From Omnitrophica bacterium GWA2_41_15 (GTDB lineage Bacteria > Omnitrophota > Gorgyraeia > Gygaellales > UBA12090), in NCBI GenBank assembly GCA_919901925.1, contig CAKKQA010000067.1, positions 1,212 to 42,617 on the forward strand: a stretch of 41,406 nucleotides of DNA, in the 5' to 3' direction. A program made the position numbers and the translations under genes. Positions 8,455 to 17,991 of the stretch are shown here, one piece after another. Under the pieces are notes generated by a model. The model searched no databases and was not told the origin of the DNA. It was given only the letters and a program-made list of their open reading frames with translations. The number at the start of each line of letters is the position of its first letter. Positions within the stretch are counted from its first letter, which is position 1.

Positions 8455-9599
8455 AACTCTAACCTGTCTATTCCCTTGCTTATTGTTTCTGTCTTCATCG
8501 CGAAGCTAAGGCGAATATAATCCTCGCATCCAAATCCCGCCCCCGGAATCACCGCGACGCCTGCTTCTTTTAACAAGGCAATCGCGAAGTCAGAAGAGTT
8601 TAGCCCTGTTTTAGAAATATCGCAAAATAAATAAAACGCGCCGTTTGGCTTGATATATTTCAAAGCGGGTATCTTATCGATGCGGCCGCAAAGATAATCT
8701 TTTCTTTTTTCAAACTCTAACCGCATTTTCTCTGTCCAATCGCCTTCTGTGGTTAAAGCGCAAAGCGCGGCCTTCTGGGCGATTGAACAAGGGTTTGATG
8801 TTGAATGATCCTGAAGGTTCTTTATTGCCTCCACTGCTTCAAGCGGGCCGGCAAAATAGCCAATACGCCAACCGGTCATAGAATAAGCTTTTGAGACGCC
8901 GTTAACCGTAAAAGTAAGGTCAAAGACTTTTTCATTAAACGACGCTATCGATACGTGAGAAAGCCCGCCGTATATCAGCTTTTCATAAATTTCGTCGGAC
9001 AAAATATATATATTATGCCTGACGCAAACATCTGCCAGGCCCTGAAGCTCTTTTTTCTCATAAACGGCACCGGCAGGATTTGACGGGCTGTTAAGAATAA
9101 AAAGTTTTGTCTTTTTTGTGATTGCTTTTTCTAACTTCTCGGGCGTGATTTTAAAACTATTCGCGGATTCTGTATAGACGAATTTAGAAACCCCTCGCGC
9201 CACAGTAACCATTTCGGGATAACTAACCCAGTAAGGAGCCGGTATAATAACCTCATCGCCTTCTTCTACCACCGCTAAAATTATATTGAAAATACAGTGC
9301 TTCGCTCCGGAAGAAACAACGGCCTGTTCCGGCGTGTAGATAAGGTTATTTTCTTTCTTGAATTTTTCGCAGATTGCTTTTTTTAATTCTATAATTCCTG
9401 TGGATGGAGTATATTTGGTAAAGCCGGCGCGGATTGCGTTTATAGCGAATTCTTTTATGTAATCAGGAGTATCAAAATCCGGCTCGCCGGCGCCAAAGCT
9501 GACAATATCTTGGCCTTCTTGTGATAATTTCTTGGCAAGCGCGGTAATTTGAAGTGTGGATGACGGATTGAGGGCTTTTACTCGTTTAGCAAGGTACAT
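8424..9599 (-). CDS. aspC: Class I PLP-dependent (aspartate) aminotransferase
   Basis: GEPDF, NSPSNPAG, SDEIY, SKAYSMTGWRIG; 31-bp overlap with leuC. Confidence 0.88.
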   Translation of the reverse strand: MYLAKRVKALNPSSTLQITALAKKLSQEGQDIVSFGAGEPDFDTPDYIKEFAINAIRAGFTKYTPSTGIIELKKAICEKFKKENNLIYTPEQAVVSSGAKHCIFNIILAVVEEGDEVIIPAPYWVSYPEMVTVARGVSKFVYTESANSFKITPEKLEKAITKKTKLFILNSPSNPAGAVYEKKELQGLADVCVRHNIYILSDEIYEKLIYGGLSHVSIASFNEKVFDLTFTVNGVSKAYSMTGWRIGYFAGPLEAVEAIKNLQDHSTSNPCSIAQKAALCALTTEGDWTEKMRLEFEKRKDYLCGRIDKIPALKYIKPNGAFYLFCDISKTGLNSSDFAIALLKEAGVAVIPGAGFGCEDYIRLSFAMKTETISKGIDRLELWLKQLPKKS

Positions 9600-9609
9600 G
9601 TATTAAAAG

Positions 9610-9637
9610 GCAGGGGACGGCAGCAACCGTCCCCTAC
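9610..9637. repeat. GTAG-type REP hairpin
   Basis: GCAGGGGACGG-CAGCAA-CCGTCCCCTAC just downstream of the rplQ stop. Confidence 0.75.
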
Positions 9638-9639
9638 GC

Positions 9640-10233
9640 TTATAATGAATCTCTTTCTTTTTTAAAGAGCTTACGTAAATTGCCTAAAAACTTCTTTGGG
9701 GCTTGAGCTTTTTTATCAACAACTTTTGATTTTTCTTCTTTTGAGGCATGCGGTTTTTCTTCATCCGCACGCAGCTTTTCTTCTGTTTCTTTATCATGCT
9801 CATGATCGTGTTCATGCTCAAGATGGCCGTGTTCATCCGCGGCCTTTGCCTTCTTTGGCTTCTTTTCTTTAACCGCGCTTTTTTCGGTAAGTTCTAAAAT
9901 AGCCATCTGCGCGTCATCGCCGCGGCGCTTGCCTAATTTTATGACTCTTGTATATCCGCTTGAGCGATTTTCAAACAACCCGACTATCTCGCTGAATAAC
10001 CTGCTTACCAGTTTATGATCCTGAAGCACGCTAAATGCTTTCCTCTTAGATGATAAACTACCCTCTTTGGCCAGTGTAATCAACTGCTCGACAAGAGGGC
10101 TTGAAGCCTTTGCCCTTGCGTGGGTAGTCCTTATCGACTGATTGATTAAAAGCGCCCGGGCAAGAGAAATTATCGTAGCTTTTCTTAAAGAACTGAACCT
10201 GTCTAAACGATTAGTTTTTACGCTGTGTCTCAT
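9640..10233 (-). CDS. rplQ: 50S ribosomal protein L17 with long charged, His-rich C-terminal extension
   Basis: MRH..., IRTTHARAK, GYTRVIKLGKRRGDDAQMAILEL; follows rpoA. Confidence 0.95.
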   Translation of the reverse strand: MRHSVKTNRLDRFSSLRKATIISLARALLINQSIRTTHARAKASSPLVEQLITLAKEGSLSSKRKAFSVLQDHKLVSRLFSEIVGLFENRSSGYTRVIKLGKRRGDDAQMAILELTEKSAVKEKKPKKAKAADEHGHLEHEHDHEHDKETEEKLRADEEKPHASKEEKSKVVDKKAQAPKKFLGNLRKLFKKERDSL

Positions 10234-10267
10234 TAATCACCTGAATCTTTAACTTATATGTTTTTGG

Positions 10268-10375
10268 CGGGCGCCATAAATGGCGCCCCTACAGACGCGT
10301 TATCAATCGACCACATTGCCGCCATGCATTGTAGGGGCCGGATTTATCCGACCCGTTGGCCAATGGCGCCCCTAC
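10268..10375. repeat. GTAG-type REP cluster
   Basis: Units at 10268-10292, 10331-10355 and a half unit at 10363-10375. Confidence 0.82.
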
Positions 10376-10389
10376 ATTACAAACGGTGT

Positions 10390-11382
10390 TTATTTGACCT
10401 TCAGCTTCTTTGAATCAATCGTAATCCCTAAATTTAACCCCATCGAAGCAAGCAGTTCTTTAATCTCGGTTAATGATTTCTTGCCGAAATTCCGGAAAGA
10501 CAACATCTCTTCTTCGGCAAGCTTCACTAAGTCCGCGATAATTTTAATGTTAGCTTCCCGCAAACAATTAGACGACCTGACTGATAACTCAAGCTCTGAA
10601 ATCGGCAAACGTAATTTCTCGTAGAGCGCGATTTCTTCGGGCTGCATCAACGGTTCCTCTTCCAGATTTTCTTCCGGCAGCTGCCCGAAATTCACAAAAA
10701 CATCCAAATGCCTCTGTAAAATATTTGAGGCGTATAAAAGCGCGTCTTTCGGTGACATTGCCCCGTTAGTCCAAATCTCCATGATAAGCCTGTCATAGTC
10801 TGTCTTTTGTCCGACGCGCGCGTTTTCCGTCGAGTAAGCAACCTTCGCTACAGGGCTGAAAATAGAATCTATAGCGATGACCCCGATAGGATGGTCTTCC
10901 CTTTTATTCTGTTCAGAACTAACGTATCCCCTGCCTCTGGATACTTCCAGCTCAAGCGAAAACTTCGCGTTACGGCTTAAAGTCGCTATGTGTAATTTAG
11001 GATTCACTACTTCTATGGTTTCATCAGTTTCTATATCGGCTGCTGTAACCTCGCCCTTTTCAGTCTTTTTTATAGTAATGACCTTGGGGCTTTTTGAAGT
11101 CGAACGCAATACCAGGTTTTTGATATTCAATACTATCTCTGTTACATCTTCGACCACACCGGGAATCGTGCTGAATTCATGCTGTACGCCGTCAATTTTT
11201 ATTGATGTTACCGCGGCGCCCTCTATAGAAGATAAAAGAACCCGTCTTAAAGGATTACCCAGAGTTACCCCATATCCCCTTTCAAAAGGTTCAGCGATAA
11301 ATTTGCCGTAAGTGTCCGTGTAGCTGGCTTCATCACAATCCAGCCTGCGCGGCATCTGAAAATCTCTCCATTTAATCCCCAT
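10390..11382 (-). CDS. rpoA: RNA polymerase alpha subunit
   Basis: EPFERGYGVTLGN, IDSIFSPV, LELSVRSSNCL, NFGKKSL. Confidence 0.98.
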   Translation of the reverse strand: MGIKWRDFQMPRRLDCDEASYTDTYGKFIAEPFERGYGVTLGNPLRRVLLSSIEGAAVTSIKIDGVQHEFSTIPGVVEDVTEIVLNIKNLVLRSTSKSPKVITIKKTEKGEVTAADIETDETIEVVNPKLHIATLSRNAKFSLELEVSRGRGYVSSEQNKREDHPIGVIAIDSIFSPVAKVAYSTENARVGQKTDYDRLIMEIWTNGAMSPKDALLYASNILQRHLDVFVNFGQLPEENLEEEPLMQPEEIALYEKLRLPISELELSVRSSNCLREANIKIIADLVKLAEEEMLSFRNFGKKSLTEIKELLASMGLNLGITIDSKKLKVK

Positions 11383-11402
11383 GTCTTCTCCTTAATGAGC
11401 GC

Positions 11403-11523
11403 TAGACTTACGTCATCCGCCGAAAGCGGATGACGTAAGTCTATGCGCGAATTAATCCCGAAGCCAGCGCAGTCGATTTTTGGCGCGAAGCGCCAGAAAT
11501 TGACAAGCGTTTTGGCGAGGGAT
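11403..11523. repeat. Two long hairpins in the rpsD-rpoA spacer
   Basis: Perfect 18-bp stem 11403-11420/11426-11443; imperfect stem 11455-11523 centred on TGGCGC-GAA-GCGCCA. Confidence 0.8.
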
Positions 11524-11535
11524 AATACTATTCGA

Positions 11536-12171
11536 CTACTTCGAATACAACTCGACGATCAACTGCTCTTCAATGGGCATCGAGATGTCTTCCTTTAACG
11601 GCAGCCTCAAGACTTTAAAGCTTAATTTCTCTGTGTCTATATCAAGCCAGCGAGCCTTGCCGCGGTCAGCGGTCAATTTTATATTCTGCCTGATTTGTTC
11701 CATACACTTAAGTGTGCCTTTTAATTCAATGGCTTCATCAGCGCTGACTGAATATGACGGAATATTCACCCTTACCTGATTAACATAAACATGGCCGTGG
11801 CGGACAATCTGGCGCGCGTGATCCCTTGATGTCGCGAAACCGGCGTTGTATACCACATTATCAAGGCGCCTTTCCAAAAGCTGTAAGAGGATTTTTCCTG
11901 TAACGCCCTTGCTTTTTGAAGCAATATCAAAATATCTCCTGAACTGTTTTTCCAGAACGCCATAAGTTCTTTTTACCTTCTGCTTTTCCCTCAACTGCAT
12001 GCCATAATTAGATAAGTTCTGCCTTCTTTTTCCGCCTTGGCCGTGCTGGCCGGGAGCATACGCCCTTTTGGCGAGGCCGCATTTCGCGGTATTGCATCTA
12101 GTCCCTTTTAAAAATAATTTCAGGCCTTCTCTGCGGCATAAACGGCAGTCAGCCCCTGTGTACCTTGCCAT
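11536..12171 (-). CDS. rpsD: 30S ribosomal protein S4 (Zn-binding type)
   Basis: MARYTGADCRLCRREG, QLREKQK, LERRLDNVV, IVELYSK. Confidence 0.98.
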   Translation of the reverse strand: MARYTGADCRLCRREGLKLFLKGTRCNTAKCGLAKRAYAPGQHGQGGKRRQNLSNYGMQLREKQKVKRTYGVLEKQFRRYFDIASKSKGVTGKILLQLLERRLDNVVYNAGFATSRDHARQIVRHGHVYVNQVRVNIPSYSVSADEAIELKGTLKCMEQIRQNIKLTADRGKARWLDIDTEKLSFKVLRLPLKEDISMPIEEQLIVELYSK

Positions 12172-12211
12172 ATATTTATTCTCCTATATAAATGCTAATT
12201 TCTACCCGCTT

Positions 12212-12601
12212 CTACACTCTTCGTTTCTTAGACGGCCTGCAGCCATTATGAGGTATGGGAGTAACATCTTTTATTAATGTAACATTCAAACCCCCTGCCT
12301 GCAATGCCCTTATCGCCGATTCTCTTCCCGAACCCGGGCCGTTAACATATACTTCGATATCTTTTAAACCGATTTCCTTGGCTTTTTTAGCCGCATCCGC
12401 GGCTGCTACCTGTGCCGCAAACGGAGTTGCCTTTTTAGAACCGCTAAAACCGACAATTCCCGGCGTCGACCAGACAAGGACATTGCCTTGCTTATCGGTA
12501 ATGCTTACAATAGTATTATTAAAACTCGCAAGTACATGTGCTATGCCTTGAGTAACGCCCCTTGCTAATTTTTTTTTCTTTGCTTTATCTTTCGTCGACA
12601 T
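12212..12601 (-). CDS. rpsK: 30S ribosomal protein S11
   Basis: [33 protein letters not shown]. Confidence 0.98.
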   Translation of the reverse strand: MSTKDKAKKKKLARGVTQGIAHVLASFNNTIVSITDKQGNVLVWSTPGIVGFSGSKKATPFAAQVAAADAAKKAKEIGLKDIEVYVNGPGSGRESAIRALQAGGLNVTLIKDVTPIPHNGCRPSKKRRV

Positions 12602-12616
12602 ATTTAATTCCTCTTT

Positions 12617-13042
12617 TTATGGCTTTGGTTTCGCTGCTGGCGCGGGTTTCGCGGAAGCCCCTGTTTCTTTTTTCTTTCCGATAATTAACCCGCCTTTACG
12701 CGGGCCTTTGCGCGTGTGCGCGTTGGTCCTTGTGCGCTGGCCCCTTACCGGCAGGCCTTTTTTGTGGCGCATTCCGCGGTAAGAGCCTATATCCATAAGG
12801 CGCTTAATATTAGCGGAGATTTCCCTGCGCAGGTCGCCTTCAACTTTATAATTATTTTTCTGAATCCATATGGTAATCTTCTGAATTTCTTCTTCGCTTA
12901 AATCCTTCGCCCTCTTTGAAGGGTCAATATCTACTTCCTTTAATATCTTCGCGGATAAAGGCCTGCCTATGCCGTATAAATAACTCAACGCGATATCTAT
13001 ACGTTTTTCCTTCGGTAAATCTACGCCGACAATCCTAGCCAC
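12617..13042 (-). CDS. rpsM: 30S ribosomal protein S13 (GTG start)
   Basis: [27 protein letters not shown]; Lys/Pro/Ala-rich tail. Confidence 0.98.
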   Translation of the reverse strand: MARIVGVDLPKEKRIDIALSYLYGIGRPLSAKILKEVDIDPSKRAKDLSEEEIQKITIWIQKNNYKVEGDLRREISANIKRLMDIGSYRGMRHKKGLPVRGQRTRTNAHTRKGPRKGGLIIGKKKETGASAKPAPAAKPKP

Positions 13043-13094
13043 TTTTCAACCCCTTTCAATAACCAGAAGAAAATAATTAATATATATTTAAAAT

Positions 13095-13125
13095 CCTTAC
13101 CGCTTAACCCTTTACCCTTAACCCT
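13095..13125. repeat. 7-mer array, single arm
   Basis: CCTTACCGCTTAACCCTTTACCCTTAACCCT; matches the right arms near 25950-25980 and 35065-35120. Confidence 0.8.
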
Positions 13126-13143
13126 ACCTCTGTTTTATTCGTA

Positions 13144-13257
13144 TTATCCCTGCCGTTGCTTATGCTTCGGATTCTTGCAGATAACCCTTACGACTCTGCG
13201 CCTTTTGACTATTTTACAGCTATCACAAATCCTTTTGACTGAAGATTTTACTTTCAT
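13144..13257 (-). CDS. rpmJ: 50S ribosomal protein L36
   Basis: Not in the ORF track; manual translation [37 protein letters not shown], between infA and rpsM. Confidence 0.97.
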   Translation of the reverse strand: MKVKSSVKRICDSCKIVKRRRVVRVICKNPKHKQRQG

Positions 13258-13270
13258 TTCTCTTTCTATT

Positions 13271-13377
13271 GTCATTGCGAGGAGCTTTCGTTAGCCTGAT
13301 GCGACGAAGCAATCTCGTCTTTAAGAACGAGATTGCTTCGTCACCTATATACCAATCGAGGGTTCCTCGCAATGACG
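13271..13377. repeat. CGTC-type nested palindrome, copy 3
   Basis: GTCATTGCGAGGAGC...GACGAAGCAATCTCG...CGAGATTGCTTCGTC...GGTTCCTCGCAATGACG. Confidence 0.92.
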
Positions 13378-13388
13378 ATTTTAAGCCC

Positions 13389-13607
13389 TCACTTAACTCT
13401 AAACGTTATTCTCCCCTTAGTTAAATCATATGGAGATAATTCCATCTTTACTCTGTCGCCCGGCAATATCCGGATGAAATTCATCCTCATCTTGCCTGAT
13501 ATATGCGCCAGTACCACGTGGCCGTTATCCAATTCAACCCGAAACATCGCGTTCGGCAGCGAGTCTTTTACTGTCCCTTCGATTTCAATCGCTTCTTCTT
13601 TAGGCAT
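13389..13607 (-). CDS. infA: Translation initiation factor IF-1
   Basis: [41 protein letters not shown]. Confidence 0.98.
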   Translation of the reverse strand: MPKEEAIEIEGTVKDSLPNAMFRVELDNGHVVLAHISGKMRMNFIRILPGDRVKMELSPYDLTKGRITFRVK

Positions 13608-13611
13608 TTTT

Positions 13612-13693
13612 TAGTTAGCCAGTTTACCAGTTATCCAGTTTGCCAGTTTTTTTCCTTCAACCGGCTAACGGGCTAACCGGTAAACAGGCTAAC
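13612..13693. repeat. 8-mer inverted tandem array element, copy B
   Basis: TA-GTTAGCCA GTTTACCA GTTATCCA GTTTGCCA, short spacer, then four inverted units. Confidence 0.9.
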
Positions 13694-13705
13694 AGAAATT
13701 ATTTT

Positions 13706-14449
13706 TTATCTCGTCAACACTTCCGGGCCATTGCCGGTGATTGCGACGGTATGTTCGAAGTGCGCCGAGTTAAGCCTGTCTTTAGTTAGAGCTGTCCAAC
13801 CATTTTCGCTGATATCGACTTCCCACGTACCCGCGTTTACCATCGGCTCAATCGCCAGGCACATTCCTTCTTTCAAAACCACGCCCTTATGCGGCAGGCC
13901 GTAGTTCATTATCTCCGGCGGCTCGTGCATTTGCCTGCCTATTCCGTGGCCCACAAATTCCCTGACAACCGAAAATCCCTGCGCCTCCACATGACTTTGT
14001 ATTGCCCAGGACACATCAGATAAATGGTTGCCGGCTCTCGCCTGAGCAATCCCTAAATCAAGCGCTTTTTTTGTCGCGTCTATCAATCGTTTTGACCGGC
14101 CGTCTATTTTGCCTAAGCCGACCGTAAAAGCGCTATCTGAGAAAAAACCGTCAAGCTCTATGCCTATATCAACTTTCAAAAGGTCGCCTTCTTTTAAAAT
14201 CCTATTAGAAGGAATACCGTGGACAACTTCTTCATTCACCGAAGCGCAGATATTCGCCGGAAACCCCCGGTAGCCTTTAAACGCCGCTCTTACCGCGTTT
14301 TCCCGCATGATCTCTAAGGCCTGCGCGTCTAATTCTTGAGTGGCCATCCCTACTATAACCCTTGGCCTGAGTTCGTCTATTATCTTTCGCAATACTGCTG
14401 ATACCCGCCGCATCGCATCCAGTTCGGCAGGGGACTTTATGGGGACCAT
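13706..14449 (-). CDS. map: Methionine aminopeptidase type I
   Basis: CASVNEEVVHGIP, GHGIG, AIEPM, SAHFEHT. Confidence 0.97.
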   Translation of the reverse strand: MVPIKSPAELDAMRRVSAVLRKIIDELRPRVIVGMATQELDAQALEIMRENAVRAAFKGYRGFPANICASVNEEVVHGIPSNRILKEGDLLKVDIGIELDGFFSDSAFTVGLGKIDGRSKRLIDATKKALDLGIAQARAGNHLSDVSWAIQSHVEAQGFSVVREFVGHGIGRQMHEPPEIMNYGLPHKGVVLKEGMCLAIEPMVNAGTWEVDISENGWTALTKDRLNSAHFEHTVAITGNGPEVLTR

Positions 14450-14450
14450 C

Positions 14451-14685
14451 TATTCTCCTTCGCAAAACCAATATAAAACTATGGTATTGCTTCGGAGCAA
14501 TTATTTCATCTGTGAATATTCCTACGAAGCAATACCATAGTATTCTCTTATTTTTGCGTAGCAGAATATTCTCCTTCGCAAAACTAATAAAAAATCTGGT
14601 ATTGCTTCGGAGCAATTATTGCATCAGTGAATATTTCTGCGAAGCAATACCATAGTATTCTCTTATTTTTGCGTAGCAGAATATT
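14451..14685. repeat. Tandem dimer of a ~116-bp nested palindrome
   Basis: Units 14451-14566 and 14567-14681; each has outer arms TATTCT..CGCAAAA/TTTTGCG..AGAATA and inner arms TGGTATTGCTTCG/CGAAGCAATACCA. Confidence 0.92.
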
Positions 14686-15319
14686 TCTTCAGTATCTTCA
14701 AGATTTCGCTGATTACTATTTCCGGTTCTTTATCTGAATCTACCCGTATCAATTTCTTGCGGGCTGTATAATATTCTATCAAAGGCGAAGTTTGTTCTCT
14801 GTAAACCAAAAGCCTGTTCTTTATTGTCTCCTCGCGGTCATCCGGGCGCTGGACAAGCGCGCCACCGCAGGAATCGCAGGTGCCTTCTTTCTTTGGCGGC
14901 ATATTTTGCGTATGAAAAACCGCCTGGCACTTTTGGCAAATCCTTCTTCCGCTTAAACGCTGGATAAGGATATTTTCGCTTGAATCAAGATATATGACTG
15001 TCAAATCCGCTTGAATTTTTAAAAAGCTGTCTAAAGATTGCGCCTGCTGGATATTGCGTGGAAAGCCATCTAATATAAAACCGTCTTCTACGTCAGATTG
15101 AGAAATCCTCTCGGCAACCATTTTGGTTACCAGCGCGTCAGGGACAAGCCCGCCTGATTCCACGAATCTTTTTGCCTCTATTCCAAGCGGGGTATTATTT
15201 TTTATTGCCGCGCGCAATATATCGCCGGTTGAAATATGTTTTAAATTCAGCTTCCCGGATAGCGTCTTAGCCTGAGTCCCTTTGCCTGCTCCGGGCGGGC
15301 CTAATAATATGATCTTCAT
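14663..15319 (-). CDS. adk: Adenylate kinase (Zn-LID type)
   Basis: GPPGAGKGT, HISTGDILR, LDGFPR, CQKC...CDSC. Confidence 0.97.
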   Translation of the reverse strand: MKIILLGPPGAGKGTQAKTLSGKLNLKHISTGDILRAAIKNNTPLGIEAKRFVESGGLVPDALVTKMVAERISQSDVEDGFILDGFPRNIQQAQSLDSFLKIQADLTVIYLDSSENILIQRLSGRRICQKCQAVFHTQNMPPKKEGTCDSCGGALVQRPDDREETIKNRLLVYREQTSPLIEYYTARKKLIRVDSDKEPEIVISEILKILKKYSATQK

Positions 15320-16656
15320 CGCCTGCCCTGGATACGCCCGCTCTTTAAGAAACCCTCATAGTGGCGCATTAAAAGTTGTGATTCTATCTGTTTTATTGTA
15401 TCGAGCATGACCCCGACAATGATCAGGATGCCTGTGCCGCCAAAGAACGAAGCGATTAAATACGGTATTTTCATCGCGGACATTATAAAATCCGGGAATA
15501 TAGCGATAAAAGCGATAAACAACGCGCCTGCCAGAGTAATCCTTGTCATTACAAAATCTAAAAATTCCGCGGTCGGCGCCCCCGGCCTTATCCCGGGGAC
15601 AAACCCGCCGTATTTCTTCATATTCTCTGATATTTCCTGCGGGTTAAAAACAATGGCTGTATAAAAATAACAGAAAAATATTATCAACAACGCGTAGGTC
15701 AACATATACATCCAGTGGCCTCGAGCTAAAGCATTAGCAAACTGCTGAAATCCCGGGTTTGGGATAAAAGAGGCTATTGTCGCCGGGAATAAAATTATTG
15801 ACTGGGCAAAAATAATCGCGATTACCCCGGCGGTATCGACTTTCAAAGGAATATACGTCGACTGGCCGCCGTAGATTTTTCTTCCTACTACCCTGCGGGC
15901 ATACTGCACGGGAATTTTTCTCTGCCCTTGCGTAACAAAGGTAACCGATAAGATAACACCCACCAATAAAACCGCCATAACGATCAATACCGCCGGATGC
16001 AGTTGGCGTGTTTTAGGAGAGATAATGACTATTAACTGATGGATAGCCGTCGGCATACGTGAAACGATGCCGGCTGTAATAATAAGCGATATGCCATTAC
16101 CTATGCCTCTTTCCTGTATCTGCTCGCCCAACCACATTATAAATATCGTGCCTGTGGTCAATGTCAGCACTGTAACAAACCTGAAACTCAAACCCGGGTC
16201 AATAACAATGCTTAATCCGTCAAGCAGCCTTCCCGGATGCTCAAGCCATAAAGCGACAAAATATGATTGTATCAAAGCTAAGCCGACTGTCGCGCATCTG
16301 GTATATTGATTAATCTTTTGATGGCCGGCCTTGCCTTCTTTGGATAATTTTTCTAATGACGGAATAACCGCGGTCAAAAGCTGCATGATAATCGAGCTTG
16401 AAATATACGGCATTATCCCTAAAGCAAAAATTGTCAGCTTCTCAAGCGAACCTCCCGAGAACATATTCATAATACCAAGGATCGTGCCTCCCTGGCTTTT
16501 TGCTATACGGTCAAAGAACGTTGCCAGCGCCTGCGAATCTATGCCGGGCGTGGGGATAAAACAACCTATCCTATATACTGCTATAAGCGCCAATGTAAAT
16601 AAAACCTTGCGCCTTAAATCAGGAATTTTAAAAATATTGAGCAGCGATCTTAGCAT
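15316..16656 (-). CDS. secY: Preprotein translocase SecY
   Basis: IFALGIMPYISSSII, GIGNGISLII, GGTGILIIVGV. Confidence 0.98.
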   Translation of the reverse strand: MLRSLLNIFKIPDLRRKVLFTLALIAVYRIGCFIPTPGIDSQALATFFDRIAKSQGGTILGIMNMFSGGSLEKLTIFALGIMPYISSSIIMQLLTAVIPSLEKLSKEGKAGHQKINQYTRCATVGLALIQSYFVALWLEHPGRLLDGLSIVIDPGLSFRFVTVLTLTTGTIFIMWLGEQIQERGIGNGISLIITAGIVSRMPTAIHQLIVIISPKTRQLHPAVLIVMAVLLVGVILSVTFVTQGQRKIPVQYARRVVGRKIYGGQSTYIPLKVDTAGVIAIIFAQSIILFPATIASFIPNPGFQQFANALARGHWMYMLTYALLIIFFCYFYTAIVFNPQEISENMKKYGGFVPGIRPGAPTAEFLDFVMTRITLAGALFIAFIAIFPDFIMSAMKIPYLIASFFGGTGILIIVGVMLDTIKQIESQLLMRHYEGFLKSGRIQGRR

Positions 16657-16668
16657 ACAGTTTTTATT

Positions 16669-16706
16669 TAACCGGTAAACTGGCTAACCGGTTAACCGGT
16701 TAACTA
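16669..16706. repeat. 8-mer array, single arm, copy C
   Basis: TAACCGGT AAACTGGC TAACCGGT TAACCGGT TAACTA; the final CTA is the rplO stop. Confidence 0.88.
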
Positions 16707-17150
16707 TTTAACTACTTCCGCAACCCCGCCTGCTTTTTCTATTAACTTAACCGCGCCCTCGGAAAAATTAGCCGCTTTTATTGTCAACTTTTTCTTTAGC
16801 TCACCTGTGCCTAATATCTTTACCGGCTTTTCAGCTTGCTTAATCAAACCTTTTTCTTCCAATACTTTAGAATCAACCACCGCGTCATTTTCAAAGCCAT
16901 TTAAACTGCGGATATTTACCAGCTGATATTCTATTTTAGAAGTATGATTAAACCCTCTTTTGGGCATCCTGCGGATTAAAGGAGACTGGCCGCCTTCAAA
17001 ACCAAGGTAAAAATCCCTTCCCGAGCGTGATTTCTGGCCGTTAGAGCCTCTGGTCGAAGTTTTACCGTGTCCGGAACCTGAGCCGCGGCCTACAAGTTTT
17101 TTTCTTTTGCGGGAAGCTATTGGATTAGATTTTAAATTATTCAGTGGCAT
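16704..17150 (-). CDS. rplO: 50S ribosomal protein L15
   Basis: [29 protein letters not shown]. Confidence 0.98.
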   Translation of the reverse strand: MPLNNLKSNPIASRKRKKLVGRGSGSGHGKTSTRGSNGQKSRSGRDFYLGFEGGQSPLIRRMPKRGFNHTSKIEYQLVNIRSLNGFENDAVVDSKVLEEKGLIKQAEKPVKILGTGELKKKLTIKAANFSEGAVKLIEKAGGVAEVVK

Positions 17151-17607
17151 TTAAAATATCTTTTCTTAACTGGCTTAAACCTTCCATGGTTGCTTTTATA
17201 ACATTAATGGAATTATTTGATTTCAAGCATTTTGTAAGTATATCTTTTATACCGGCAGCTTCACATACCGCCCTGACCGCGGCTGCCGCGATAACACCCG
17301 TACCTTCAGAAGCGGGTTTAAGCAAAACTTTTGCCGCGCCAAAATGGCCCAAAACTTCATGGGGAATTGTAGTGCCTGAAAGAGTTACTTTAACGCAATT
17401 TTTTTTCGCGTTGGCCAGCCCTTTACGTATGGCATCAGCGACTTCATTAGCCTTGCCTAACGCGTAGCCTACTTCACCCTTGCCATTTCCATAAACTATT
17501 AACGCGCTAAAGGACATCTTTTTGCCGCCCTTGGTGACTTTACTGACCCGGTTTATGCTGACTACTTTTTCTATACACCCTGATAAATCTTTCTTATAAT
17601 CGCCCAT
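17137..17607 (-). CDS. rpsE: 30S ribosomal protein S5
   Basis: [28 protein letters not shown]; overlaps the rplO start. Confidence 0.97.
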   Translation of the reverse strand: MGDYKKDLSGCIEKVVSINRVSKVTKGGKKMSFSALIVYGNGKGEVGYALGKANEVADAIRKGLANAKKNCVKVTLSGTTIPHEVLGHFGAAKVLLKPASEGTGVIAAAAVRAVCEAAGIKDILTKCLKSNNSINVIKATMEGLSQLRKDILNATE

Positions 17608-17610
17608 AAT

Positions 17611-17973
17611 TTAAAATTCCAATCCGCCTTTACGCAGGCTCTCCGCGAACACTTTCACCCTGCCATGATAAGGGTAGCCGCCGCGGTCAAAGACAATCTT
17701 CTTTATTCCTTTTTCAACAGCTTTCTTCGCTAATATTTCCGCCAATAACTGCGCGGATTTAATATTACCGCCCTTGTCTAATTTAGTTTTAAATTCCTTT
17801 GAAGATGTCGACAAAAAAAGCAGGGTTTTAGCTTCTGTATCGTCGATAATCTGGGCATGCATATTATTTAAGCTTTTATGCACGCTCAACCGCGGCCTTT
17901 CCTGTGTGCCTATGATCCTCAAGCGCAGCCTACTATGCCTTGCGACTCTTTTTTCTTCGTTTGTTTTTTTCAT
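17611..17973 (-). CDS. rplR: 50S ribosomal protein L18
   Basis: RPRLSV, AQIIDD, VFDRGGYPYHGRV. Confidence 0.97.
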   Translation of the reverse strand: MKKTNEEKRVARHSRLRLRIIGTQERPRLSVHKSLNNMHAQIIDDTEAKTLLFLSTSSKEFKTKLDKGGNIKSAQLLAEILAKKAVEKGIKKIVFDRGGYPYHGRVKVFAESLRKGGLEF

Positions 17974-17991
17974 GATTTTATTCGTTCTTTT

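Noticed and set aside
14277-14615. 112-aa ORF across the adk-map repeat as element cargo
   Set aside because: It overlaps map out of frame and is just the translated repeat.
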